Assembly (NCBI GenBank): GCA_004524535.1
Contig: SDNY01000097.1
Span: forward strand, 1 to 13,840
Source of the DNA: Promethearchaeota archaeon
GTDB lineage: Archaea; Asgardarchaeota; Lokiarchaeia; Sigyniarchaeales; SOKP01
Reading direction: 5' to 3'
Length of the DNA stretch: 13,840 nt
Made by a program: the position numbers and the translations under genes
Part shown: positions 1 through 7,850 of the stretch, in pieces
How the letters are laid out: the number at the start of each line of letters is the position of its first letter
Numbering within the stretch: position 1 is the stretch's first letter
The notes under the pieces: generated by a model
Database searches by the model: none
What the model was told of the DNA's origin: nothing
The model's input: only the letters and a program-made list of their open reading frames with translations

Positions 1-1
1 A

Positions 2-331
2 TATACTCAAAATGATTTGTTAATCATGATTAGCGGAAGTGGTGAAACACCTTCATCTGTCGCAATTACCCAAAAAGCGAAAGAAATCGGCGGTAAAATT
101 GCATTCTTCACAACAAACATAACCAGCACTATTGGAAAATTATCAGATTGTATTATCAGAATTGAAGGAAAAAGCAAGGATAAAGCTATTTCTGAAAAAA
201 CATTAGCTCCCTATACGAGTTTATTTGATATATCATCTTTATCGGTTTTAGATTCAATTGGAGCAATATTAATGAATATTTTAGGTGTAAGTGAAGAAGA
301 TATTGATAAACGCCATGCATCAATAGAATAA
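2..331 (+). CDS. hxlB: 6-phospho-3-hexuloisomerase (SIS domain, RuMP pathway), 5'-truncated by window edge
   Basis: Frame is open from base 2 (YTQNDLLIMISGSGETPS...). DLLIxISGSGET sugar-phosphate loop, APxxSLFD motif and C-terminal RHASIE match Phi/HxlB (RHANLE-type end). Confidence 0.88.
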   Translation, partial: YTQNDLLIMISGSGETPSSVAITQKAKEIGGKIAFFTTNITSTIGKLSDCIIRIEGKSKDKAISEKTLAPYTSLFDISSLSVLDSIGAILMNILGVSEEDIDKRHASIE

Positions 332-510
332 GAATAATAATAAGGCAAAAAAAGAATAAATAATTTATTTAACTAAAGTATAAAATATTTTAAACTTCCT
401 TCCTTGTAAAATGATGATTTTATGAATGAATATATTGAAATTTTATTAATTTTAAATTTTATTACCCTAAAATTATTTATTTACATATCTCACTTTAATT
501 TGTGATTTCG

Positions 511-912
511 ATGCATGATTTTATTGAAATAAAACGAATAAAAAATTCTAGAAAAGGAAGAGGAGCATTCGCAAAAAAAAGTATCAAAAAGGGGACACTC
601 GTCGAGGTGGCTCACATATTATTGATCTCAAATAAGGACTATGAAAAATTAGCGGATACCATCTTTTGGTCATATTGCTTCGAATGGGACGACCCCAAAT
701 ATAACGGAGAGAACCCAGCCGCAGTACCATTAAGTTTATGCCAATTCATCAATCATTCATATTCTCCGAATTTAAGATATGAATACGATTACAAAAATTT
801 AACCATTAAGTATTATGCCGAACAGGATATTGCAAAAGACAAAGAGCTAACAGTAAATTACAATGGAGTCGTAGATGATAAGAGTGCCTTGTGGTTTGAA
901 GTTGAGAATTAA
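511..912 (+). CDS. Stand-alone SET-domain protein (putative protein lysine methyltransferase)
   Basis: SET motifs: GRGAFAKKSIKKG (motif I), FINHSYSPN (NHSxxPN), DIAKDKELTVNY (ELxxxY). ATG at 511 preferred over GTG at 502. No pre- or post-SET Cys clusters. Confidence 0.9.
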   Translation: MHDFIEIKRIKNSRKGRGAFAKKSIKKGTLVEVAHILLISNKDYEKLADTIFWSYCFEWDDPKYNGENPAAVPLSLCQFINHSYSPNLRYEYDYKNLTIKYYAEQDIAKDKELTVNYNGVVDDKSALWFEVEN

Positions 913-1784
913 ATCTTTTTACTTTTTCTTAAAGATTTTAAAATTTTTAAATTCATTACATCTTCTTTCATATCTTTACCTTTTGGAGTTTCTAGAATAC
1001 CAGGGTGATCTTTAAATCTGTCATCATTAAGAAAGAAGCCAAATGGTTCTTTTCCTATTTTTCCTTGTCCTATATGAGTATGTCTATCTACTCTAGATCC
1101 ACACTCTTTATCTGTATCGTTTAAATGGAAGGCAAATAAATAGTTTAATCCTATTATATCATCAAATTCATTCCACATATTATTATATTTTGTTTTAGTT
1201 GTAAAATCGTAACCTGCTGCAAAGGAATGACTAGTATCAAAACATACTCCTATTCTATCTTTATTTTTAATTTTATCTATTAACTCTTTTATATGATGAA
1301 ATTTATGACCCAAACCTGTTCCTTGACCAGCTGTTGTTTCCAATAAAATTCTAACTTTAGATATCTTAGTTGCCTCAATCAATTTATTTAATTGTTCAGC
1401 AATCTGATTTAATGCTTCTTTTTTTGTAAGTTCCTCTTCATCTTTAGGAATAACTCCTGGATGCATGTTTTCATATTCTAATTTTAATTGATCTGCTTTT
1501 ATAAGTTCGTCTAACATTGCGTTATATGATTTTTCCAACTTTTCTTTATCAGTACTTGCGAGATTAATAAGATAGCTATTGTGACTTATAACTGGCCAAA
1601 TATCATTTTCTAATTCATTTCTTTTTTTCAAAAATTCGTATATTTCTTCTTGTGTTAATGGACCCGATGACCAACCACGTACATTTCTAATAAAAACTTG
1701 TATGGCTTCACATCCAAGTTCTTTACCTCTAACTAAAGCCATATATTTTCCGCCAGAAACGCTCATATGGGCGCCCACTCTCAT
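909..1784 (-). CDS. nfo: Endonuclease IV (AP endonuclease family 2)
   Basis: Motifs GAHMS, HNSYLINLAS, HPG, LETTAGQG, CFDTSHSFAAGY, FHLND, DRH, ILETP cover the metal-binding residues. ATG at 1784; the track's TTG at 1787 is one codon upstream. Confidence 0.96.
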   Translation of the reverse strand: MRVGAHMSVSGGKYMALVRGKELGCEAIQVFIRNVRGWSSGPLTQEEIYEFLKKRNELENDIWPVISHNSYLINLASTDKEKLEKSYNAMLDELIKADQLKLEYENMHPGVIPKDEEELTKKEALNQIAEQLNKLIEATKISKVRILLETTAGQGTGLGHKFHHIKELIDKIKNKDRIGVCFDTSHSFAAGYDFTTKTKYNNMWNEFDDIIGLNYLFAFHLNDTDKECGSRVDRHTHIGQGKIGKEPFGFFLNDDRFKDHPGILETPKGKDMKEDVMNLKILKSLRKSKKI

Positions 1785-1790
1785 CAATAT

Positions 1791-1798
1791 CTCACCTT
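1791..1798 (-). promoter_or_regulatory. Shine-Dalgarno-like site for nfo
   Basis: Minus strand reads AAGGTGAG-atattg-ATG, an archaeal GGTGA-type SD 6 nt before the ATG. Confidence 0.55.
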
Positions 1799-1886
1799 AA
1801 AAAATTACTATTATAATTATATTAGGTTTTTAATCTAAATATTATTATATTTAAATTAAATAAATATCTAATTAAGGTTATTCTTC

Positions 1887-2627
1887 ATGACAATGGGTGG
1901 ACTACATTTATTATCTGGGCTTGTCATTGCCAGTTTTATTAGAAATGAGAAATATAAAAAAGCCAAGTGGGGTATAGTATGGGGGAGTATCTTTCCCGAC
2001 ATAGATATACTTGCAAGTATTATTATATTTCTATTCACAGGGAATCTTAATAACGCAATGTTCATTCATCGAACAGTAACTCATGGTTTTTTCGCAATGG
2101 GACTAGTTGTGCCCATTGGATTTTTAATTTCTCGAACGCGTACGGACTTTAAATGGGTATTTTTATTTTCTCTTGCGTTTGCATTTGGAATGTTAACTCA
2201 CATCTTTTATGATTTATTGGACGGGTATGTTGCGATTTTTGCCCCATTTTCGTACTCGAAATACTCAATTACAAACATTACTGATCCAGACCTCTTGACC
2301 CTAGGTACTTTTTTCAAAATTTATAATTCAATAGATGGAATGAGTGATGTTATCTTTTATCTCTCATTATGGTACTGGGCAACTCGTAAAGCAAATATCA
2401 CGAATGAACTAAAATTTGCGAAAAAATTGTTAATTGTGTCTTTTATTTCAATTGTGTATTTTAGCTGTCTTTTAGTGCTTGCCTTCACTGATATCAGCGT
2501 TGAAATGCATATTATACTAGTTTATGCTTACTGGGGAATAATTCATCTCCCTCTATCTACTTTAATTGTCCAAATAAAGATGAAAGAAACCATCCAAGAT
2601 TTTAGTTTCTTAAAGTTGAGAGAATAA
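1887..2627 (+). CDS. Membrane-bound metal-dependent hydrolase (YdjM/DUF457-like)
   Basis: N-terminal His (GLHLLSG), GSIFPDID, HRTVTHG and THIFYD motifs within multiple hydrophobic helices. Confidence 0.82.
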   Translation: MTMGGLHLLSGLVIASFIRNEKYKKAKWGIVWGSIFPDIDILASIIIFLFTGNLNNAMFIHRTVTHGFFAMGLVVPIGFLISRTRTDFKWVFLFSLAFAFGMLTHIFYDLLDGYVAIFAPFSYSKYSITNITDPDLLTLGTFFKIYNSIDGMSDVIFYLSLWYWATRKANITNELKFAKKLLIVSFISIVYFSCLLVLAFTDISVEMHIILVYAYWGIIHLPLSTLIVQIKMKETIQDFSFLKLRE

Positions 2628-2685
2628 CAAAAGAGAATATATAGAAAAAGAATAATTATATTAAATTTAAAAGATATAATAAAAT

Positions 2686-3240
2686 ATGCAAAACATTAAA
2701 GCCAAAAAAGAAAGCCTAATACGCTTATTAGGTATGGTTTTAATTCTTTTTGGTCTATTAATTACGCTTGTTGTTGATATTATTTTCCTTATATCAAACA
2801 TTGCCTTATATCTTCTAATTATAATTCCATGGCTTTTGCTGATTATCCTATTGAAGCTGGAGATTGATTTTGTTGTTGATCGTACCATAATATTTTTCAT
2901 AATTATCTGCGTATACACAATAATAATGAGTTTAGTAGCATTACTATTTAGTTCTAATGAAACAGCTTCAATACTATTTATCATGTTGGTGTTATCTGAT
3001 ATTTTACTATTGATATGCTGGCACTTTGCGATTTCTATTTTTAAAAGAAAAAAAATTTTATCTATCTTATGTGGAATTGGTTATTTAATAATTACTTTTA
3101 TTTTCCGCCTTTTACCTATTATGATTACTTGGCCTTGGCTCCTTAACCTTGCATCAGCAGCAATTGTTCTTCTTGGAATGGTTTTGATACTCTTTGCAGA
3201 AATGAGAATGAAAGGGAAAGGGTTATTAAATTATATTTAA
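2686..3240 (+). CDS. Hypothetical polytopic membrane protein (about 6 TM)
   Basis: 184-aa ATG-initiated ORF, almost all hydrophobic helices with short basic loops, 58 bp downstream of the hydrolase on the same strand. No family recognised. Confidence 0.7.
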   Translation: MQNIKAKKESLIRLLGMVLILFGLLITLVVDIIFLISNIALYLLIIIPWLLLIILLKLEIDFVVDRTIIFFIIICVYTIIMSLVALLFSSNETASILFIMLVLSDILLLICWHFAISIFKRKKILSILCGIGYLIITFIFRLLPIMITWPWLLNLASAAIVLLGMVLILFAEMRMKGKGLLNYI

Positions 3241-3333
3241 TCCATATTACTTTATGCTGGTTGCTCTATAAAATAACAATAACCCACTGCATCTAAGAAA
3301 GCTGAATATTTATTTGTAATTCATAAGATAAAT
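3241..3333 (-). pseudogene. Degenerate fragment of an aldehyde:ferredoxin oxidoreductase gene (imperfect direct repeat of 4289-4376)
   Basis: Exact shared blocks: TCCATATT (3241-3248 / 4289-4296), CTATAAAATAACA (3266-3278 / 4311-4323) and ATTTGTAATTCATAAGATAAAT (3312-3333 / 4355-4376). Minus-strand translation YSAFLDAVGYCYFI versus AOR YTTVLDSMGCCYFI; a 2-nt indel breaks the frame. Confidence 0.85.
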
Positions 3334-3342
3334 ATTTATATT
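3328..3342 (+). promoter_or_regulatory. Candidate TATA box for a leaderless TA operon, overlapping a 12-bp palindrome
   Basis: TTTATA starts at 3335, 26 nt before ATG 3361. Palindrome ATAAATATTTAT at 3328-3339. The AT-rich background weakens this call. Confidence 0.35.
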
Positions 3343-3360
3343 AACAATGATATTAAAATA

Positions 3361-3612
3361 ATGATGGATATGCCTCAAGTAAAAATAGAAAAGGAATATT
3401 TAGCTCAATTAGTAGATTTCAAATTAAATCATTTAAGAAAAAGAATTGAAAAAATCTTAAAAAAGTGGGGATACACCTCTTCTAATAAGTTCTTAGGAGA
3501 TGCTAAAAAAGGAACAATTTCTGAGGCAGAAGAGGAGGCAATAATTTTAAAAAATCTTGAAGATGAAATTGATAGATTAGAGCATCGAAAAGCCATTTGG
3601 TTAAACCAATAA
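3361..3612 (+). CDS. Small charged helical protein, putative antitoxin of the downstream DUF6516-like toxin
   Basis: 83 aa. IEKILKKWGYTSSNKFL...GTISE resembles the 'E.KYGM.S.EF...G.L.E' pattern of partners of DUF6516 proteins. Its TAA overlaps the next ATG (TAATG). Confidence 0.6.
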   Translation: MMDMPQVKIEKEYLAQLVDFKLNHLRKRIEKILKKWGYTSSNKFLGDAKKGTISEAEEEAIILKNLEDEIDRLEHRKAIWLNQ

Positions 3613-3986
3613 TGAAAGCAATTACTAAATTAACCATTGCTAAAGATCTTTTCGAGCAAAATTTATCAAATGAAATAAAAACTATATCTATAAATGTAGA
3701 AGATAAACAACTTCATATTATTTTTCATGATGGAATACATGTTTACATTGTATATAATGATTATGAAGAATATAGCTATTCAATTATTTTTTCAAAATTA
3801 GAATTAGACAGATGTAGATTTGATAATTATGATAATCGTTGGGAAGTATCTAGTCGCCCTCATCATTTTCATCCTCGGAAAACAGAGGATGCAATTGAAA
3901 GCCCAATGAAGGGATCTCCCAGACAAGATATTAAAAATTTGATAGAATTATTAAAATCGGGAAAATTAAAAGAAATTCCATCATAA
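3612..3986 (+). CDS. DUF6516-like (TumE-like) putative toxin
   Basis: YSYS...RFDNYDNRWEVSSRPHHFH matches the R(Y/F)DN...PHHxH signature. ATG at 3612 is translationally coupled to the upstream gene (track start is TTG 3597). Confidence 0.75.
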   Translation: MKAITKLTIAKDLFEQNLSNEIKTISINVEDKQLHIIFHDGIHVYIVYNDYEEYSYSIIFSKLELDRCRFDNYDNRWEVSSRPHHFHPRKTEDAIESPMKGSPRQDIKNLIELLKSGKLKEIPS

Positions 3987-4050
3987 CTTTCTCTAATATA
4001 ATTTGACGGTTTGAATTGAAAAAAAAAGATAAATTATATTATCTATAATC

Positions 4051-5772
4051 CTATTCATCTAATTTTTTCCAAAAATCTTTAAATTCTTCCTTAGAAATCG
4101 AAACCGTTAAATTCATTGGATCTGAGGGTTCTTTTCTTAAAAATTCAGGAAGATCGTTTATATTTTGAGAAATTCCAGCTTTATCGTTAAATTCTATCTC
4201 ATTTTTTATAATTTGTTTTCCGATGTTAATTACATTTTCCCTCGTTAAATTTGTATTATACATCGCATTAATTACACCCGCAATTAATTCCATATTTTCG
4301 TAGCTTGGGCCTATAAAATAACAGCAACCCATTGAATCTAAAACCGTTGTATAAATTTGTAATTCATAAGATAAATCTAATTTGCTTTGATTATCAGTAA
4401 TTTCACCATAATCTCTATTACTTCTTGCGGATCTTCCAGCAATGGCAGCTCCCGCTGTATGGTCTGCTCCCATTGGAGAGGTTGCGTAAGTTACGCTCAT
4501 TGCTTTAAAGACTCGAGGATCATAAGCTGATATTCCTTGTCCCTTCACATGAGGTATTCTCTTAAAATTCAATTCTCGTCCTAAATGACAAACTCCATTT
4601 CCATAAAGTTTACCTGTTTCTGAGCCTTTCCTAATTTCTTCTAAGATTTCAAAAACTTTTTCAGCATCACCCCAATTTATTTCTTTATCACTATCCATTG
4701 CAACACCCATAGTAACACCAAACTCAATTGTATCGATACCAATATCGTCGCATAAGTGATCAATTTTCGCTAAACTATCAATATCATTAATCATACAATT
4801 AGAACCGTTCATAGCCATTGTTTCATATTCAAGACTAGATGTAATATGATTACCATTCTCGTCAACAAAAAGATTTGAGCATTTAATAACGCATGTTGGA
4901 CTACATGCTAAACGTTTTTTTCCACCCCGAGCTATGACGATATCGTGAAGTTTTTCTCCAGATATGTTTTCAATTTCTTCATATGAACCTTTTCTAAAAC
5001 TTTTAGTAGGTAAACCACCATATTCACTCATAGCTTTCATCATCAAGGGAGTTCCATAAGTTGAAAAAGTTTGTCTTGTTTCGAATAAATACTTAGCAAA
5101 AGGTTTGGATAATTCCCTGAATTTTTCAATATCGTGGATTTTAGCTTTTGATTTTTTTGGGGGACTAATAACTACAGCTTTTATTCCTTTAGAGCCCATA
5201 ACAGCACCTAATCCGCCTCGCCCAGCATGTCGGCTCGGATATCCTTCCAAATCATTAGCTGCTACACTAGAATTCTTTAACATCATTTCTCCAGCTGGAC
5301 CGATTGAATAGATTCCAATTCGCTCACCATACTTTTCTCTTAATCTCTCGTGCAATTCATAATTACCTAATCTCTTGTATTCTTTGGCAGATTCAAATTT
5401 AATCCCGTCTTGATTTATTAAAATGAGTTTTAAATCATTAGAAATGCCCTCTAAAACTAAAGCCCTAAATCCATGAGAAGCTAACATCATTGAAGGTCTG
5501 CCACCTATATTCGATTCTTTTATGCCATTAGTTAAAGGGCTCTTAGCACCTACAGATGTGCGTGCTGAATTTGGAAATGGGCTTCCTGTTAATAATCCAC
5601 TGGCGATAATAAGTTTATTTTTCTCTCCTACAGGATCGCAAGAAGGATCTACTTCATCATGAACTATTTGGGAACTTAAACCCCGTCCTCCCATAAGAAA
5701 ATATTTTGAATCACTTGTAATATCTTCAAATTCAATTGCTTCTGTATTTACATTAATTCTTGCTAATCTCAT
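4051..5772 (-). CDS. aor: Aldehyde:ferredoxin oxidoreductase family protein (tungstopterin, 4Fe-4S)
   Basis: GGRGL, KSPLTNGIKESNIGG, IGPAGE, AGRGGLGAVMGSKGIKAV, Cys cluster CSPTCVIKC, EYET, CDDIGIDTIE and distal DSMGCCYF. Confidence 0.95.
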   Translation of the reverse strand: MRLARINVNTEAIEFEDITSDSKYFLMGGRGLSSQIVHDEVDPSCDPVGEKNKLIIASGLLTGSPFPNSARTSVGAKSPLTNGIKESNIGGRPSMMLASHGFRALVLEGISNDLKLILINQDGIKFESAKEYKRLGNYELHERLREKYGERIGIYSIGPAGEMMLKNSSVAANDLEGYPSRHAGRGGLGAVMGSKGIKAVVISPPKKSKAKIHDIEKFRELSKPFAKYLFETRQTFSTYGTPLMMKAMSEYGGLPTKSFRKGSYEEIENISGEKLHDIVIARGGKKRLACSPTCVIKCSNLFVDENGNHITSSLEYETMAMNGSNCMINDIDSLAKIDHLCDDIGIDTIEFGVTMGVAMDSDKEINWGDAEKVFEILEEIRKGSETGKLYGNGVCHLGRELNFKRIPHVKGQGISAYDPRVFKAMSVTYATSPMGADHTAGAAIAGRSARSNRDYGEITDNQSKLDLSYELQIYTTVLDSMGCCYFIGPSYENMELIAGVINAMYNTNLTRENVINIGKQIIKNEIEFNDKAGISQNINDLPEFLRKEPSDPMNLTVSISKEEFKDFWKKLDE

Positions 5773-5825
5773 AAGAAGAGATATTAATTATTTTTATTTT
5801 AATTTTTCATTTCTTTTTGAATTGT

Positions 5826-6356
5826 TCAGAATTTTTCGTAATGAACAATTTCTTCAAGTGGTTTTCGGTCTTTTACTTCACTTTTCTCCTTGACAGGAAA
5901 TCCTAAGGGAGTTAATCCCATAACGCGATATTCTTCGGGAATCTCTAAAATTTTCTTTACTTTATCTTCATTAAACCACCCTATCCAACACGTTGCTAAA
6001 CCCTCAGCTGTAGCTGCTAAAATTAAATGCTCAAAACAAATACCAAAATCAACAGGATAGTATTTTTGGCCATTAGAATTTGTACCTGAACGTTTTTCAG
6101 TGATAATACCCACAATAAACATAGGAGCTTCGGCAAACTTCTTTCTCTGCCCTACGGCACTCCATATATTTTTCACTTTCTCTGAATCTTGAACAATTAT
6201 ATAATGAACGCCCTGCATATTTGCCCATGTGGGTGCGAGCCTTGCAGCTTCTAATATTCTTTCTATTTTTTCCATTTCGGGCATTTCTGGCTTATATATC
6301 CGAAAACTCCTTCTCTTCTTAACTACATCGTAAAAATCCATCTTAAATTGCCTCAT
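5826..6356 (-). CDS. Nitroreductase family flavoprotein
   Basis: KRRSFRIY, ILEAARLAPTWANMQ, LAATAEGLATCWIG, LGFP and C-terminal RKPLEEIV FMN-binding motifs. Confidence 0.93.
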   Translation of the reverse strand: MRQFKMDFYDVVKKRRSFRIYKPEMPEMEKIERILEAARLAPTWANMQGVHYIIVQDSEKVKNIWSAVGQRKKFAEAPMFIVGIITEKRSGTNSNGQKYYPVDFGICFEHLILAATAEGLATCWIGWFNEDKVKKILEIPEEYRVMGLTPLGFPVKEKSEVKDRKPLEEIVHYEKF

Positions 6357-6866
6357 AATTATTTTGATTCTATATATCTTTTAATTAACTTTTATTTATT
6401 ATTTCTATTTATATTTCAAAAATTTTGAAAAACATCAAAAGAATTAAGAAATTATATACTATTTTTACTTCTTTTTCCTTATTATATTTATATATTAGAT
6501 TTTTGATAATTGAGAAATAATTAAAACAAAAAAAAAATACTTATTCATATGCTTACCTCTAAAAAAAAGAGGGAGCATAACACTCAACTAGTTTGATTGG
6601 AACTTGAAAAATTTTATGTGTTATTTTTATATTTTACTGAACAAAATAAGTAAAAATCACCGGAAAAATTGAATAATTTTAAAAACCTCAAATAAATATT
6701 TAATTAATTAGATAAACAAATTACAATTAAATAGATATATTTAAAAATGTGACTTGTGTAACATATTCTTATTATAAGAAGATCAAAAAATTGGTATCTT
6801 ATATAGAACATTTATTTCGCAGTTAATTTAGCATTTTTTTTTAATAAAATTTATAGTGGTTAAAAT
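6357..6866. promoter_or_regulatory. 510-bp AT-rich divergent intergenic region between nitroreductase/aor and tfb
   Basis: No ORF in the track and the flanking genes diverge, so both promoters should lie here. Contains a hairpin at 6548-6579. Individual TATA boxes cannot be assigned with confidence. Confidence 0.5.
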
Positions 6867-7799
6867 ATGAATCAGCAACAGCGAGAATTTTTAAGATTTA
6901 ATAGAAATGAAGAAAATTTAGATTTACTAAAAACAAACGAATGCTGTGAAAAGCCGTTAATTCAAATTAGAGATGGGAACCGTTTATGTTTAAATTGTGG
7001 CATGATTTATCAAAAAGAGTTTGTGGGAAATGAGAGACGGGCTTACACAGTGGAAGAAATCCAGAGTCGAAAACGGACAGAACCTCGTTGGCGTGACTTC
7101 GGTCCGCGCACGATGCTCCCGAATACCAAAACGGATAGCAAGGGTAAATCTATAGGTGCAAAAGAGCAAGCTCTTTTTTCACGTTTATCAAAAATTCAAA
7201 ATTCGCTAATATCAAGTATTGAAAGAAATTTTTGGGAAGCAAAACCAAAATTAAAAATGTTATGTTCCAAATTAAATATCCCTGAATATATATCAGATAG
7301 TGCTTGGAAGATTTATTCAATTGTGGCTAAAAAGAAGTTAACAATGGGGAGATCAATTAATGGATTCATCTCCGGTGCTTTATATGCGGCGATTAGAGTT
7401 CATGATTTCCCACGTTTGCTCGACGAGGTTTGTGAAGCATCGTTAACACCTAGAAGAACAGTTCATAGAAGTCTCGCTATGATTATTCGGGAGATATTAC
7501 CTGAATTAAATTTAAAATACCAACCAATCACCGCTGAATGTTTAGTTTTTCGTTTTGGCAATGAATTGGAGTTACCGATGCAAATTCAAAAATGCGCTAT
7601 TAATATGTTGATACAAGCATCACAAAACGGTTTAAAGAGAACAGGGAAGGATCCGAAAGGTCTCGCAGCAGCATGTATTTATATTGCTGCTAAAGATGGG
7701 GCTATGCGTAAAACCCAATCACGAGTTGCGGAAATTGCGAAAATTACTGAAGTTACTCTTCGAAGTCGAGCTAAACAAATCAGAAATAAATTATATTAA
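6867..7799 (+). CDS. tfb: Transcription initiation factor IIB (TFB) paralog
   Basis: Zn ribbon (CC...CLNCG), B-reader-like ERRAYT, SSIERN, cyclin repeat 1 (MGRSINGFISGALYAAIR, PRLLDEV), repeat 2 (GKDPKGLAAACIYIA) and BRE-binding HTH TQSRVAEIAKITEVTLRSR. Confidence 0.93.
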   Translation: MNQQQREFLRFNRNEENLDLLKTNECCEKPLIQIRDGNRLCLNCGMIYQKEFVGNERRAYTVEEIQSRKRTEPRWRDFGPRTMLPNTKTDSKGKSIGAKEQALFSRLSKIQNSLISSIERNFWEAKPKLKMLCSKLNIPEYISDSAWKIYSIVAKKKLTMGRSINGFISGALYAAIRVHDFPRLLDEVCEASLTPRRTVHRSLAMIIREILPELNLKYQPITAECLVFRFGNELELPMQIQKCAINMLIQASQNGLKRTGKDPKGLAAACIYIAAKDGAMRKTQSRVAEIAKITEVTLRSRAKQIRNKLY

Positions 7800-7850
7800 A
7801 AAAATTTTATAAATTTTTAATTATCAAATAATTATGGGTTAAGGGTAGAT

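Noticed and set aside
332-501. CRISPR array, tRNA or ncRNA in AT-rich spacers (also 6357-6866, 8415-8570, 12541-12665)
   Set aside because: No regularly spaced repeats or GC-rich cloverleaf stems. A/T runs and short AT palindromes are expected at this composition.
1868-2984. Minus-strand ORFs 1868-2065 and 2667-2984
   Set aside because: Antisense shadows of hydrophobic membrane-protein genes, with no motifs.
3241-4050. IS, transposon or provirus around the TA pair
   Set aside because: No transposase, integrase or terminal inverted repeats seen; only the aor-derived repeat, reported separately.
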